A DNA stretch of 63,566 bases from Octopus bimaculoides (lineage: Eukaryota): assembly GCF_001194135.2 (NCBI RefSeq), contig NC_068984.1:116700022-116763587 (forward strand), written 5' to 3'. Position numbers and translations under genes: made by a program. Positions 24,773-37,431 of this stretch are shown here, piece by piece. The notes under the pieces were generated by a model, which had not been told where the DNA came from, searched no databases, and saw nothing but the letters and a program-made list of their open reading frames with translations. Position 1 is the stretch's first letter, and every line of letters begins with the position of its first letter.

Positions 24773-25160
24773 CGCATACATGCATACATCCATACACTCA
24801 TGTGTATACTCACACATTCACACACACACATACACATATATATATATGGATGTATTTATACATGAGAGTAAGAGACGCAATAGATACAGAATGACCTAGA
24901 TAGTTCACACGGCTTCCAATGAATAAAACAATTTGTTTCCTGCGAAATTTTTATGATAAATTTCCTGACATTCAATTCACCCCACTTCCCAGTTTCATCT
25001 TGCATCCAACTGCCACGATTAGTTTTATCTCCTATATACATCTGTATCACTAATTTCAACGCCCACCTGCACTAACATCGCTTCCAGTTCTGTCCTCTTT
25101 GCTTCTAATACAAGCATTAACCTTATCTGCAAGCTTATAGTTTAATTGTATTCTTATACC

Positions 25161-25196
<36 letters not shown>

Positions 25197-26603
25197 TGAG
25201 ATACAAGTCTGCACTTGTATACATGCACATATGCATATATATATATACACGCATAAAAATATGTATGTATATGCATATATGTATATATATACGCATAAAT
25301 ATATGTATGTATATGCATATATATATATATATATATATANNNNNNNNNNNNNNNNNNNNNNNNNNNNNNNNNNNNNNNNNNNNNNNNNNNNNNNNNNNNN
25401 NNNNNNNNNNNNNNNNNNNNNNNNNNNNNNNNNNNNNNNNNNNNNNNNNNNNNNNNNNNNNNNNNNNNNNNNNNNNNNNNNNNNNNNNNNNNNNNNNNNN
25501 NNNNNNNNNNNNNNNNNNNNNNNNNNNNNNNNNNNNNNNNNNNNNNNNNNNNNNNNNNNNNNNNNNNNNNNNNNNNNNNNNNNNNNNNNNNNNNNNNNNN
25601 NNNNNNNNNNNNNNNNNNNNNNNNNNNNNNNNNNNNNNNNNNNNNNNNNNNNNNNNNNNNNNNNNNNNNNNNNNNNNNNNNNNNNNNNNNNNNNNNNNNN
25701 NNNNNNNNNNNNNNNNNNNNNNNNNNNNNNNNNNNNNNNNNNNNNNNNNNNNNNNNNNNNNNNNNNNNNNNNNNNNNNNNNNNNNNNNNNNNNNNNNNNN
25801 NNNNNNNNNNNNNNNNNNNNNNNNNNNNNNNNNNNNNNNNNNNNNNNNNNNNNNNNNNNNNNNNNNNNNNNNNNNNNNNNNNNNNNNNNNNNNNNNNNNN
25901 NNNNNNNNNNNNNNNNNNNNNNNNNNNNNNNNNNNNNNNNNNNNNNNNNNNNNNNNNNNNNNNNNNNNNNNNNNNNNNNNNNNNNNNNNNNNNTATATAT
26001 ATATATATGTATACATAAATACATGCATATAGGTCCTCTCTCTCTCACACACACTCATTTTATATGTGTACGCATACATATATGAATGTATACATACGCA
26101 TGCATATTTTTTCCGGTGAATTTATTCACAGACTTGCAAAATATACACCTATACATAAGCACAAACGTACGTACGCACATGCATACACGCCTATGTGTGT
26201 CTTGACATATCGGCTATATAACTAACTGCCTCAGCACAAATCTTGAGCAGCTTGAATGAGCTTCACAAAACCAGAAAGGTGACGATTATTTAGAATATTT
26301 CAATTGCTAATTGTTTACTTAATTGTCAAAATATGTAAAATATTTAAGAAATTTTACCAATGATGTGTATGCACGTGTTTTGTGTATGTGTATCCATAGA
26401 GACACCGCACGCGCAAACACACGCGAAATACACACACACACGTGGAAAATGGCCATCTGCGAACGATATTCCACGTATAGACACCACTGAAAAGTTACGA
26501 TGCTGTGGCTTTGTCTGAGAGAAAAGTTGCTTTGAGAGACGGATCTTAAAAGCAAAATATATAACGGAGTGTGGCGAACATTTTCCCTGTAGTAACTCAC
26601 GTG

Positions 26604-26648
26604 AGCGTTAGACGCATTTCAGCCTTTTTGGGCTTTATCAGTGACCAC
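26604..26648 (-). ncRNA. minimal type I hammerhead-like motif H3 (degenerate)
   Basis: GTGGTCA CTGATAA AGCC-CAAAAA-GGCT GAAAT-GC-GTC|TAACGCT: G8>A, C15.2>T, stem I partly lost. Confidence 0.45.
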
Positions 26649-26793
26649 CTGCTTAGAAGAAATCTCTCCATTTCGATATACAGAGAACAGTAAATAATAC
26701 TTTCACTGTCATTGTGGGAAAAATGCCCAAGCTGGAGAAAACTCGGTGTACTCTGTTGAAATAGCATCAAATCACAATAGCCATCAATGTATC

Positions 26794-26949
26794 ATACATA
26801 ACGTATATACACTATTGAATACGATTTATGTATATACATAACGTATATACACTATTGAATACGATTTATGTATATACATAACGTATATACACTATTGAAT
26901 ACGATTTATGTATATACATAACGTATATACACTATTGAATACGATTTAT
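26794..26949. repeat. 40-bp minisatellite, ~3.9 perfect copies
   Basis: Unit TATATACATAACGTATATACACTATTGAATACGATTTATG. Confidence 0.95.
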
Positions 26950-28572
26950 TGTGTATGGGTTTAATTGTGTTTGCATATATGTTTCCACAACAACTGTATC
27001 TTTTCCTTTATGAGTTATAACTTCCTCCTACTATATTCTCCCTACTATATTTTATTCTCTCATCGTAACTATATACCAAAATGGCTCTTCAAGGTATTGT
27101 TCTCTGCAACCTCGCTATCTCATTCAGTCATCGTAATTGTATCTCTATAGATATGCTGTTATTCAAACAATTCTATTGTACCAGATATTGCATTTATTTG
27201 TCTTCCTGTCCATACTCTGATTTTTAGAGTCATCTTGTTTTATCACCTTCTCACAGAACCTTCATGTTTAGTTGTTTCTCTGCTTTCCACAATCAACATT
27301 TCGGCTTGATTTTCTCGCTATAACACGAACAAGTAATGTGACGAAAGTCACATTATACTCAACACTCCTCGCTGCAAAACTCTTTTCCATTCTTCTGAAC
27401 TTCATATTGATTGGTTTTTACTCATGCAGATTATCAATAATTTCCAAGAAATCCAAGAAACCAAGAATTTATTACCGAAAGAACGAATAATAGGATGTGC
27501 AAAAACGTTAAAAACAAAAATTAAAATAAAAGAATTAAAATCCTGACATTTGCGTTTCCTAATAATTGATTATAACTAAGATTCGGCTAAGTTAAAATAT
27601 CATTGATGTTGAAGATTAGCGTACCAAAATAACTACAAGATGCTTTCAGTATTGAATAGTTTTTGTTCTTTAAACACCGGAATTATGTTCATTAGCTTCT
27701 TTCTTTGAATATAAACACACACTCTATCACACACGCACGCACCCATACCTACGCACGCCGCGCACATATATGCATGTATGTATGTATGTTATCAATCAGT
27801 TTCATTTCTGTATTTCTTGTCCATAGAGAAAGAGCCGGACTCTAACATAGATTCAAGGCTCCTTCATTGGAACTTTTATCAACATCATCTAGGTATTTGT
27901 GCATATGTGTGTGTGTGCAGTATTTGGTGTTAGTGTATGCGCAGATTTGTATGTTTGTTTTATGGATGCGTTTTGATGTCTAGATGCATGCATATGTATT
28001 CATGTGCTAAATTTTTGGAAAGTTTTACATATCTTTACAGTTCCANNNNNNNNNNNNNNNNNNNNNNNNNNNNNNNNNNNNNNNNNNNNNNNNNNNNNNN
28101 NNNNNNNNNNNNNNNNNNNNNNNNNNNNNNNNNNNNNNNNNNNNNNNNNNNNNNNNNNNNNNNNNNNNNNNNNNNNNNNNNNNNNNNNNNNNNNNNNNNN
28201 NNNNNNNNNNNNNNNNNNNNNNNNNNNNNNNNNNNNNNNNNNNNNNNNNNNNNNNNNNNNNNNNNNNNNNNNNNNNNNNNNNNNNNNNNNNNNNNNNNNN
28301 NNNNNNNNNNNNNNNNNNNNNNNNNNNNNNNNNNNNNNNNNNNNNNNNNNNNNNNNNNNNNNNNNNNNNNNNNNNNNNNNNNNNNNNNNNNNNNNNNNNN
28401 NNNNNNNNNNNNNNNNNNNNNNNNNNNNNNNNNNNNNNNNNNNNNNNNNNNNNNNNNNNNNNNNNNNNNNNNNNNNNNNNNNNNNNNNNNNNNNNNNNNN
28501 NNNNNNNNNNNNNNNNNNNNNNNNNNNNNNNNNNNNNNNNNNNNNNNNNNNNNNNNNNNNNNNNNNNNNNNN

Positions 28573-28760
28573 CACTGCTTGACAACCGGTGTTGGTGTAT
28601 TTGCGTCCCCATAACTAGTAGTTCGGCAAAAGAGACTGATAGAATAAGTACCAGGTTTTAAAAAAAAAGTACTAGGATCGATTCATTCGGCTAAAACATC
28701 ATGGTGGTGCCCCAGCATGGCCGCAGTCTAATGACTGAAACAAATAAAAAAATAAAAGAA
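28573..28760 (+). mobile_element. SINE family B, 3' half (after gap)
   Basis: TTCGGCAAAAGAGAC..ATAGAATAAGTACCAGG..CCCCAGCATGGCCGCAGTC. Confidence 0.8.
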
Positions 28761-29189
28761 TATGCACATCTATTCTAGAAACAGCTGTAAATGACTTCAT
28801 GCATAACTTCTTAATCCCTTACCCTTATTTACTCTAACAACTCTGCAATTATGTTTGAATTATACATTACTTGCTCTAAGGAGATAATACATGTTTTGCT
28901 TGTCCACGCGCACTCACACACAAACAAACAAATAAACACAAACACAAACGCAGGCACGCACACAAACATACACACACACGTACATATATTTAGAATGTTG
29001 TCTGTTATGTGCCTCCGCCAGATGAGGTTGACGAGTCACCTATACAGCTAAGCCCTTTATAAGTGCTAAACCAATAGTCATTCTCTGACCGGCCATAACA
29101 AACAACCTTTTAAATATGGTTACTTTAATGTTTTTAGAGTCTGCATCGTTTCGGATATATGAAGTACTGACTTATATATAACGATAAAC

Positions 29190-29253
29190 GTCGCCCTTTC
29201 AAAGCCTAGCCAGGCTCATGGGCCCGGTTTCCCGGTTTCTATGGCGTATGTGT
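29190..29253 (-). mobile_element. SINE family D, 3' end (runs into gap)
   Basis: GGGCCCGGTTTCCCGGTTTCTATGGCGTATG matches 12055-12085. Confidence 0.55.
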
Positions 29254-29605
29254 TNNNNNNNNNNNNNNNNNNNNNNNNNNNNNNNNNNNNNNNNNNNNNN
29301 NNNNNNNNNNNNNNNNNNNNNNNNNNNNNNNNNNNNNNNNNNNNNNNNNNNNNNNNNNNNNNNNNNNNNNNNNNNNNNNNNNNNNNNNNNNNNNNNNNNN
29401 NNNNNNNNNNNNNNNNNNNNNNNNNNNNNNNNNNNNNNNNNNNNNNNNNNNNNNNNNNNNNNNNNNNNNNNNNNNNNNNNNNNNNNNNNNNNNNNNNNNN
29501 NNNNNNNNNNNNNNNNNNNNNNNNNNNNNNNNNNNNNNNNNNNNNNNNNNNNNNNNNNNNNNNNNNNNNNNNNNNNNNNNNNNNNNNNNNNNNNNNNNNN
29601 NNNNN

Positions 29606-29649
<44 letters not shown>

Positions 29650-30302
29650 CATACATACTCTCTCTCTCTCTCTTTCACACACACACACACATGTATGTGT
29701 CACATGCATTTCACCAACGTTTTATGAACTGCAATAGGAATATCGCCAGTCACTACTGATCTTCATGCATTCTCAGTAAATACATTGAGTCGTTTTGATT
29801 ACATACCAATAAGATAAGCTCAAAGCCAATGTAGGGTATCTCAGAAGAACTAATTAATAGTTACATAAAAGAATCTGGGAGGAAATGATGCGATGACGCA
29901 TAAGAGTTAGATGAGAATTTCAAAACATTCTTATTTCTTTATGCAACCAATATGCTTTTAATTCTTTATGTATATCACTGTTTTGCTGTTTTTAAATTAA
30001 GAATATGATATTCATTTATTTTTATTATATAAAAAGTTTATTTTAATATCTATTGATTTTCTGTTCTGCGTATAGATTTTTTAAAAATATGTTTGAATAT
30101 ATTCATCGCTATAATATGAATATAAACAACTAACGCTTCAGTACATATGTTTATATTTAAAGAAGGTAAATTTATTTAATTAGGAAAATATTCAAAGAAC
30201 GAAATATTTGATAATGAAAATATTTCATTATTAATAAGTACGCTAATATCGATGAAAGTTTGCCGGTATTCTACTACCTGATTCGCCGTTGTTTTTCAAA
30301 TA

Positions 30303-30505
30303 CAGTAATCCCTCGACTATCGCGGTTGTTACGATCCAGAACCTCTGACAGAAATAATTAAATTCTAAAAAATTTAAATACCTATCAACCGCAGAGACCT
30401 GGCTATACTGAGGAGCCCGCGATATAAATTTACATGTATTTGCCAGAAAAATCGCGATGTACTGAGTGCGCGATAGGTGAACCGCGATACGGCGAATCAT
30501 TACTG
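30303..30505. mobile_element. Tigger/pogo-type MITE
   Basis: TA-CAGTAATCCCTCGACTATCGCGG at the left end and CCGCGATACGGCGAATCATTACTG at the right end (imperfect TIR). Confidence 0.7.
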
Positions 30506-30544
30506 TTTAGAAGGACTGGTTAAAATTTCAGCGGTTGGGAAGAT

Positions 30545-30775
30545 TTGAGCTGCTTATCACTTAGTACGGATTGGCACAAGGCCAGCAAGATCAGGAGATG
30601 GAGTAAGTCGATTACATCGAACCCAGCGCTGAACTAGGTACTTATTTTATCGACACCGAAAAGATGAAAGGTAAAGACGACATCAGCGCGGAATTTGGAC
30701 TCAGAACATAAAGACGGACGAAATGCCGCTAAGCATTTTGTTGCCCGGCGTGCTAACGATTCTGCCAGCCGGCCT
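30545..30775 (-). mobile_element. SINE family C
   Basis: Reverse complement of head and core. Confidence 0.8.
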
Positions 30776-30784
30776 TTTATATAT

Positions 30785-30829
<45 letters not shown>

Positions 30830-31377
30830 GTTAAAAAAAACNNNNNNNNNNNNNNNNNNNNNNNNNNNNNNNNNNNNNNNNNNNNNNNNNNNNNNNNNNN
30901 NNNNNNNNNNNNNNNNNNNNNNNNNNNNNNNNNNNNNNNNNNNNNNNNNNNNNNNNNNNNNNNNNNNNNNNNNNNNNNNNNNNNNNNNNNNNNNNNNNNN
31001 NNNNNNNNNNNNNNNNNNNNNNNNNNNNNNNNNNNNNNNNNNNNNNNNNNNNNNNNNNNNNNNNNNNNNNNNNNNNNNNNNNNNNNNNNNNNNNNNNNNN
31101 NNNNNNNNNNNNNNNNNNNNNNNNNNNNNNNNNNNNNNNNNNNNNNNNNNNNNNNNNAAGAAATTAGTAGCAGGACTGGTTAGTGGACGCTATAGACAGT
31201 GTGGGTAGAAGGTCAACAGGTGGTTATTTGAGTGTGTGTGTGTTCGTGTTTGTGTGGGGTTGTAGGTGTTGGGTACGTGTACGTGTGTGTGTGTATTTTG
31301 TATGCGCGCGTGTGTGTATGTGTATGTTTTCTGTGCGTGCGTGTGTGTTTGTGTGTATGTGTATGTTGTGTACGTGT

Positions 31378-32518
31378 GGGGTTGGACAAAATAATGGAAA
31401 TAATTCAAAGAAATTTATGGGGTAGGACCGCCTTTGGCAGTAGTTACAGCTTGAATCCTATGAGGTATGCAGCATAAATGTTCAATAATATTGAGATCTG
31501 GGGGACTGTGGTGGCCAGATAAGATGTTCAACTTTACTAGAATGTACCTCGTGCTATTCAGTAACAACTTTAGCTGTGTGAATTGGTGCATTATCATCAT
31601 GAAAAATTGCGTTTCCATCCGGAAACAGTTCTGCAACCATAGGATGAATTTGATCAGATAAAATGCTTAAATAGTATTGACTATTAATTCTGCCATGAAG
31701 GGAAACCATCGGGCCGGCGGATTTCCAAGATATAGCCCCACCACCAGATTATCACAGATCCTCTTCCATGTTTTATAGTTGGAAGAAGGTAGTCTGGGTC
31801 AAATGATTCTTTTGGCTGTCTCCACGCGTATACTCGACCGGTGGTCGGAAAAAGGCAAAGAATGATTCGTTCGAGAAAATAACATTCTTCTACTGCTCTA
31901 GGGACCAACTTTGAATGCTTTGCAACGTTTGTTTTTGAAAGTAGTGGTTTTCTGATTGCAGCCCTCCCGTGAAATCCGGCTTTGTGCAGCTCCCGGCGAA
32001 CAGTTATTGAGGAAACTGGGTTCTCGAGGTGGTCGTTAAGCTCTGCAGTAATTTTGGGAGCTGTACTTTTGTGATCCTTTCTAACAATTCGCGTAAGAGT
32101 CCGACGGTCCCTCTCTGAAACTTTTGGTTTTCTTCCGGAATTTTGTTTCGACGAGGAGGTTTTTCCTTCTTTCTCAAAGAGGGAGAAACCTCCTCATCGA
32201 AACTCTGTCATTACTTTCGAGACAGTACTTCTTGCTACACCAAATATTTCGGTTGTTTTCGTTACGCTAGCGCCTGCCATACGTGCACCAACAATTTGAC
32301 CTCTTTGAAAGTCCGATAGACCTGTCATTTTAATGAATTTTAATTACCTTTTTCCGTTGATATTTGAAAAGAAACAGCAATTTTAGCAAAACGTATTATG
32401 CGACACTTATAATAAAGTAAAAAAATATAAAAATAAACAAACTTTTCACGGTTTTATAGATACTTCAAAATTATGATGCTGTGATGCTAGGTGTTTCCAT
32501 TATTTTGTCCAACCCCTG
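31378..32518 (-). mobile_element. Tc1-like transposon with D36E spacing, inactivated
   Basis: TIRs GGGGTTGGACAAAATAATGGAAA / TTTCCATTATTTTGTCCAACCCCTG; ATG at 32328 MTGLSDFQRGQIVGARMAGASVTKT..; DDNAPIHT..WPPQSPDLNIIE with 36 residues between D and E; frameshifts and a stop. Confidence 0.9.
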
Positions 32519-32695
32519 TTTACACACATACATGCACATGCACACACACATACACACACGCACACACACACACATACACACACACATACACATACACATA
32601 CACACACACATACACACACACAAATACATATATAAATATATATATATATATATATACATGTGTGTGCGTGTGTGTGCATGTATGTGCGCTTGTGC

Positions 32696-32732
<37 letters not shown>

Positions 32733-32795
32733 ATCCACTTAACCTAGAGTCTTAGATCTCGCACCAAGTACCAATAATATATATATGTAAATATA

Positions 32796-33643
32796 CAGCG
32801 TGCGATGGGTAAATTGTCACCATGTTATATTTTAATTTCGCGCATGTGCATTGTTTGTTTTTGATTTTTTATACTACACAGTATAGTGGGTTCAGTTGGG
32901 CACCGTCTGTGAGAAAACCAGCACAAGGAAGCAATTTACTTTGCCAGAAATTTGGAAACCACATGCTGTACTTCTTGGCATTCGCGCTGGAAGCTCCAAC
33001 CAATGTGAACATTTCAGAGTTTAGGTGTCAATCTGAGGACATGTACCGAGAGAGATAAAAATCAAACATCCAGTCAACATCATGGTGTTGGGAGTGATCA
33101 CTAGTGATGTTGACGTTATGCCTCGATTGATCTTCCCACACGGCCTCAAACTCAATATGTCTGCCAACAGGATTCTGCACCATGCCACACAAGCAGGGGA
33201 ACCCAGTCATGGTTTTCAGACAATTTCTGCGACCATATCACCCCTAACATCTGGCCACCTAACTCCCCAGACTACAACCCCTTCATTATTATGTGTGGGG
33301 CGCAGTTGAGCGAGAGACCAACAAAACTCCTTGTAAGACCAGAAAAACTCCTTGTAAGACAAGCAAAACTCCTTGTAATACCAGCAGAACTCCTTGTAAG
33401 ACCAAGGATGGTCTGAAGGCAAGGATAATGGCAGCATTCACCAACTTAAAGAAGGAGACTATCCAGGAGAGTTGCAGGAGATTCCAAAGTCATTTGGAGG
33501 TCGTGGCTGAAGTCAATGGCGATTTAATTGAATAAATTTACTCTTTAGTATTTCATGATATTGTTATATAATTTTAGTAAATATACCTGTTAAAATGAGA
33601 TGTCAGTGCTATTTTCATTTTTGCTTAAATTAGACGACAGTTT
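32796..33643 (+). mobile_element. internally deleted DD37D (maT)-like transposon
   Basis: TA-CAGCGTGCGATGGGTAAATTGTCACC terminus; PVNIMVLGVITSD, QQDSAPCHTSR..WPPNSPDYNP, VWGAVERETNKTPC..; partial right TIR TTAGACGACAGTTT at the gap. Confidence 0.75.
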
Positions 33644-34435
33644 NNNNNNNNNNNNNNNNNNNNNNNNNNNNNNNNNNNNNNNNNNNNNNNNNNNNNNNNN
33701 NNNNNNNNNNNNNNNNNNNNNNNNNNNNNNNNNNNNNNNNNNNNNNNNNNNNNNNNNNNNNNNNNNNNNNNNNNNNNNNNNNNNNNNNNNNNNNNNNNNN
33801 NNNNNNNNNNNNNNNNNNNNNNNNNNNNNNNNNNNNNNNNNNNNNNNNNNNNNNNNNNNNNNNNNNNNNNNNNNNNNNNNNNNNNNNNNNNNNNNNNNNN
33901 NNNNNNNNNNNNNNNNNNNNNNNNNNNNNNNNNNNNNNNNNNNNNNNNNNNNNNNNNNNNNNNNNNNNNNNNNNNNNNNNNNNNNNNNNNNNNNNNNNNN
34001 NNNNNNNNNNNNNNNNNNNNNNNNNNNNNNNNNNNNNNNNNNNNNNNNNNNNNNNNNNNNNNNNNNNNNNNNNNNNNNNNNNNNNNNNNNNNNNNNNNNN
34101 NNNNNNNNNNNNNNNNNNNNNNNNNNNNNNNNNNNNNNNNNNNNNNNNNNNNNNNNNNNNNNNNNNNNNNNNNNNNNNNNNNNNNNNNNNNNNNNNNNNN
34201 NNNNNNNNNNNNNNNNNNNNNNNNNNNNNNNNNNNNNNNNNNNNNNNNNNNNNNNNNNNNNNNNNNNNNNNNNNNNNNNNNNNNNNNNNNNNNNNNNNNN
34301 NNNNNNNNNNNNNNNNNNNNNNNNNNNNNNNNNNNNNNNNNNNNNNNNNNNNNNNNNNNNNNNNNNNNNNNNNNNNNNNNNNNNNNNNNNNNNNNNNNNN
34401 NNNNNNNNNNNNNNNNNNNNNNNNNNNNTCTAGAC

Positions 34436-34710
34436 CAGGGGTTTTCAAACTTTTTGACTTGCGGACCCCTTTATATTTCAGGTTTTACCATATGAAATTT
34501 ATACATAAATATTTGCTTAAAATAACATATATTTTTACATTTGTTTATTTAACAGTATTTAACAAATAGGTTTATTGTCAATTAAAAGATTTCGATTAAA
34601 AAACATATATAAAATCAAATTGCCCATAAAAAGTATTTGCTGTCCACGGACCCCCTGTCTTGTCCTTGCGGACCCCCTGTGGTCCGCGGACCACAGTTTG
34701 AAAACCCCTG
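34436..34710. mobile_element. hAT (Charlie-type) MITE, 275 bp
   Basis: Perfect 16-bp TIR CAGGGGTTTTCAAACT / AGTTTGAAAACCCCTG and an 8-bp target duplication (N)TCTAGAC / TTCTAGAC. Confidence 0.9.
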
Positions 34711-36938
34711 TTCTAGACTACGACAAAGACAACGACGACAGTGACAACCGCAGGTAGCCCTTAAATTTGTCACTCCGCTTCAGGGTACCATCTTATTCAG
34801 GCTTATACAGCAGGCCCAAAAGTGCAGCCTCAAAAAAGCATCACCCAGTGCGGATCGCCTCCTCGTTCCCTCCTCTACTACGCTACATTTTTCCTATCCA
34901 CATCTTTACCATATGGGGTCCTAACAAAATCCTATAATAGGTACAGATGCAAATCTATCTAATTACTTGTCTCCTGAAATCAGGCATAACAACACCGTTC
35001 TTGAATGCCAACCTTTGTTAACTTGACAACAAGGTCAAGATGAGCTCTGATCGGCTGTATGCAAATGAGTTCATTACAGGGGTCCGGAACTCTCGTGGGA
35101 AAAAAAATCACGTCTGGGGGGGTCGTCAACCGAAGATGCTAACGGCAAGCCACCGCCGCCACCACCACAGCCACACTATATTGATGTCGACTGAAACGCG
35201 TTTTTGCGATCAAACCAAGACCGCATATGGGTTGTCCCCCACTCAAAATACTTCAGAAACCCCTCGATAAAGTATCAGCCAAATACTGAGGTCGAGTTTT
35301 CATCTTTCTCACTATTAATCCGCTAAACAAAGGAGCCAGCAATGAGCGTTTATATCACCCACCTAAACTTCAATCGTTCTTTCACCCCTACGCTGTAGAC
35401 TCGACAAGAAAGCAAAGATAACAATACTACAAACAACGGAATATTTTTTGAATTTTCTGAGCATAGCCTGCATATTCCAGATAAAACATCAAAGCTTTTT
35501 GTTTTTTCATTTCTTCTGTATTCATGTTTTTATCAATTGTTTCTACTTGCTAACTTTTATAAGAATCTAAGTCACTGTTGAGCTCTTTTTCCCTGAACTC
35601 TGGTCACTGCTGTAGGTATACCGCATTCAACAGAATTATTATTTTTTTTACTACTTCAAGCTTTTGTTCTGAGCTCTTTTGCAAATTCCTTTTCACAATG
35701 AAATCAAATTTCCTTCCATGCACAATCATTCATTCTTTCACTAAATACAGTCTGATTTTTCTGCTGCACCAACCTTTATCTTTCCAAATTGAACATTTCC
35801 ATTTTCTGCCGCTCTTGAAATAGAACAGTGTATATATATTCCCTTGTAATTCTTCTACTATGCAGTTTTAATCAATTCACTGCTGAACGTTGCCGTATAA
35901 CATGCTTTCACTTCTATTTCCTTGACACAGTTAGCTCAATGTTTCTTATCGTGAATAACTTCCCATCACTTACTTGATTGGTAAATCAGAAATTGTTCAT
36001 AAGAATTTTTTCTTTCTTATCCTTCCATCCAATATCATTAAACCCGATTTGCAGAATTGAACCACATCTATCTCATATTTTACAGCTACAATTTATAGTT
36101 TCACTAGATTTTTGTGGCATAGTTTCAGTTTGTCTAGATTTTATATTTAAAATTCGATTTCTCCCGAAATTCTTGGGATTATTTTTCTTTTATATTCTCT
36201 GCTATATTCAATGCTTGGCAAAAAGAAGACAATTTCATAGACTTCATTCTTTTCAGAATTAAGTAATTTCATTATTTCTGAGAATATTCTTGACGTCTTC
36301 ACTATTTTTCCTCCTACAGAGATAATTTTCATATTACTTAATATCAGAGAATGCTAATCTTGTATTGTTACACTATCAACCATTGTCAGCTGTAAGAAGT
36401 TTTTATCATACATTTTCAGACAGTCAACAACCTGAATATAATACTAATACTACCCATCATAAGATGGATAGCTTTGGAAGTATACTTTTGCCACCATGGG
36501 CCGTATAAAAAAAAAGTATGGCAAACATAAAATAATTATAATTTAACTTGTATCAAATTTCTTGGTGCTTATATAAAACGATGAAATGAATACTAATTTT
36601 CAAAAGAATATATTTATTACTTTAAAAATAAAATTAAATAGAACATATTTTTCATTTGTATATTTGCAATAACTTATATGCTATTGATTTTCCTAAATTT
36701 TATCAACGTAATCACCAGTAGACTCTATCGAAAACCAATTCCTGCAAAACGTTTACTAAAATATGTGTATTTTCTAGAAGTTATAACATACTGATACTGC
36801 ACCTCATATATTTACTTTCTCTCTGTATTCCTCTTTTACTCTTTCCTTCTCTCTCTATATATAAAATGTAAAGTGTGACTATGGGGAACAGCCAACCATC
36901 CAGCCAACCAACTTTTATATCGGTTATTATTATGTAGA

Positions 36939-37325
36939 GTGGAGACGCAATGGCCCAGTGGTTAGGGCAGCGGACTTGTGGTCATAGGATCGCGGTTTCG
37001 ATTGCCAGACCGGGCATTGTGAGTGTTTATTGAGCGAAAACACCTAAAGCTCCACGAGGCTCCGGCAAGGGATGGTGGTGAACCCTGCTGTACACTTTCA
37101 CCACAACTTTCTCTCACTCTCACTTCCTGTTTCTGTTGTGCTTGTAATTCAAAGGGACCAGCCTTGTCACACTCTGTGTCACGCTGAATATCCCCGAGAA
37201 CTACGTTAAGGGTACACGTGTCTGTGGAGTGCTCAGCCACTTGCACGTTAATTTCACGAGCAGGCTGTTCCGTTGATAAGATCAACTGGAACCCTTGTCG
37301 TCGTAAGCGACGGAGTGCCAACACA
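36939..37325 (+). mobile_element. SINE family A, full length
   Basis: tRNA-like head to CGACGGAGTGCCAAC tail. Confidence 0.9.
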
Positions 37326-37431
37326 TACTTATTATGTAGAGATGATACTTTTGATGACGTAGCGATGATACTTCTAACACTAGATATTTCACATAACATC
37401 ACACATAGCATCAGCTAATTTCTGCTAGTAA

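Noticed and set aside
26794-26949. CRISPR-like direct repeats
   Set aside because: Units are contiguous with no spacers, the context is eukaryotic, and there are no cas genes.
29136-29160. Half hammerhead on minus (TATATCC GAAAC GATGCA GAC TCT)
   Set aside because: The core strand is missing, so it cannot be supported from this copy.
36939-37015. tRNA genes at SINE heads (also 2661, 9790, 12272, 49893)
   Set aside because: They lack a complete cloverleaf and continue directly into SINE bodies.
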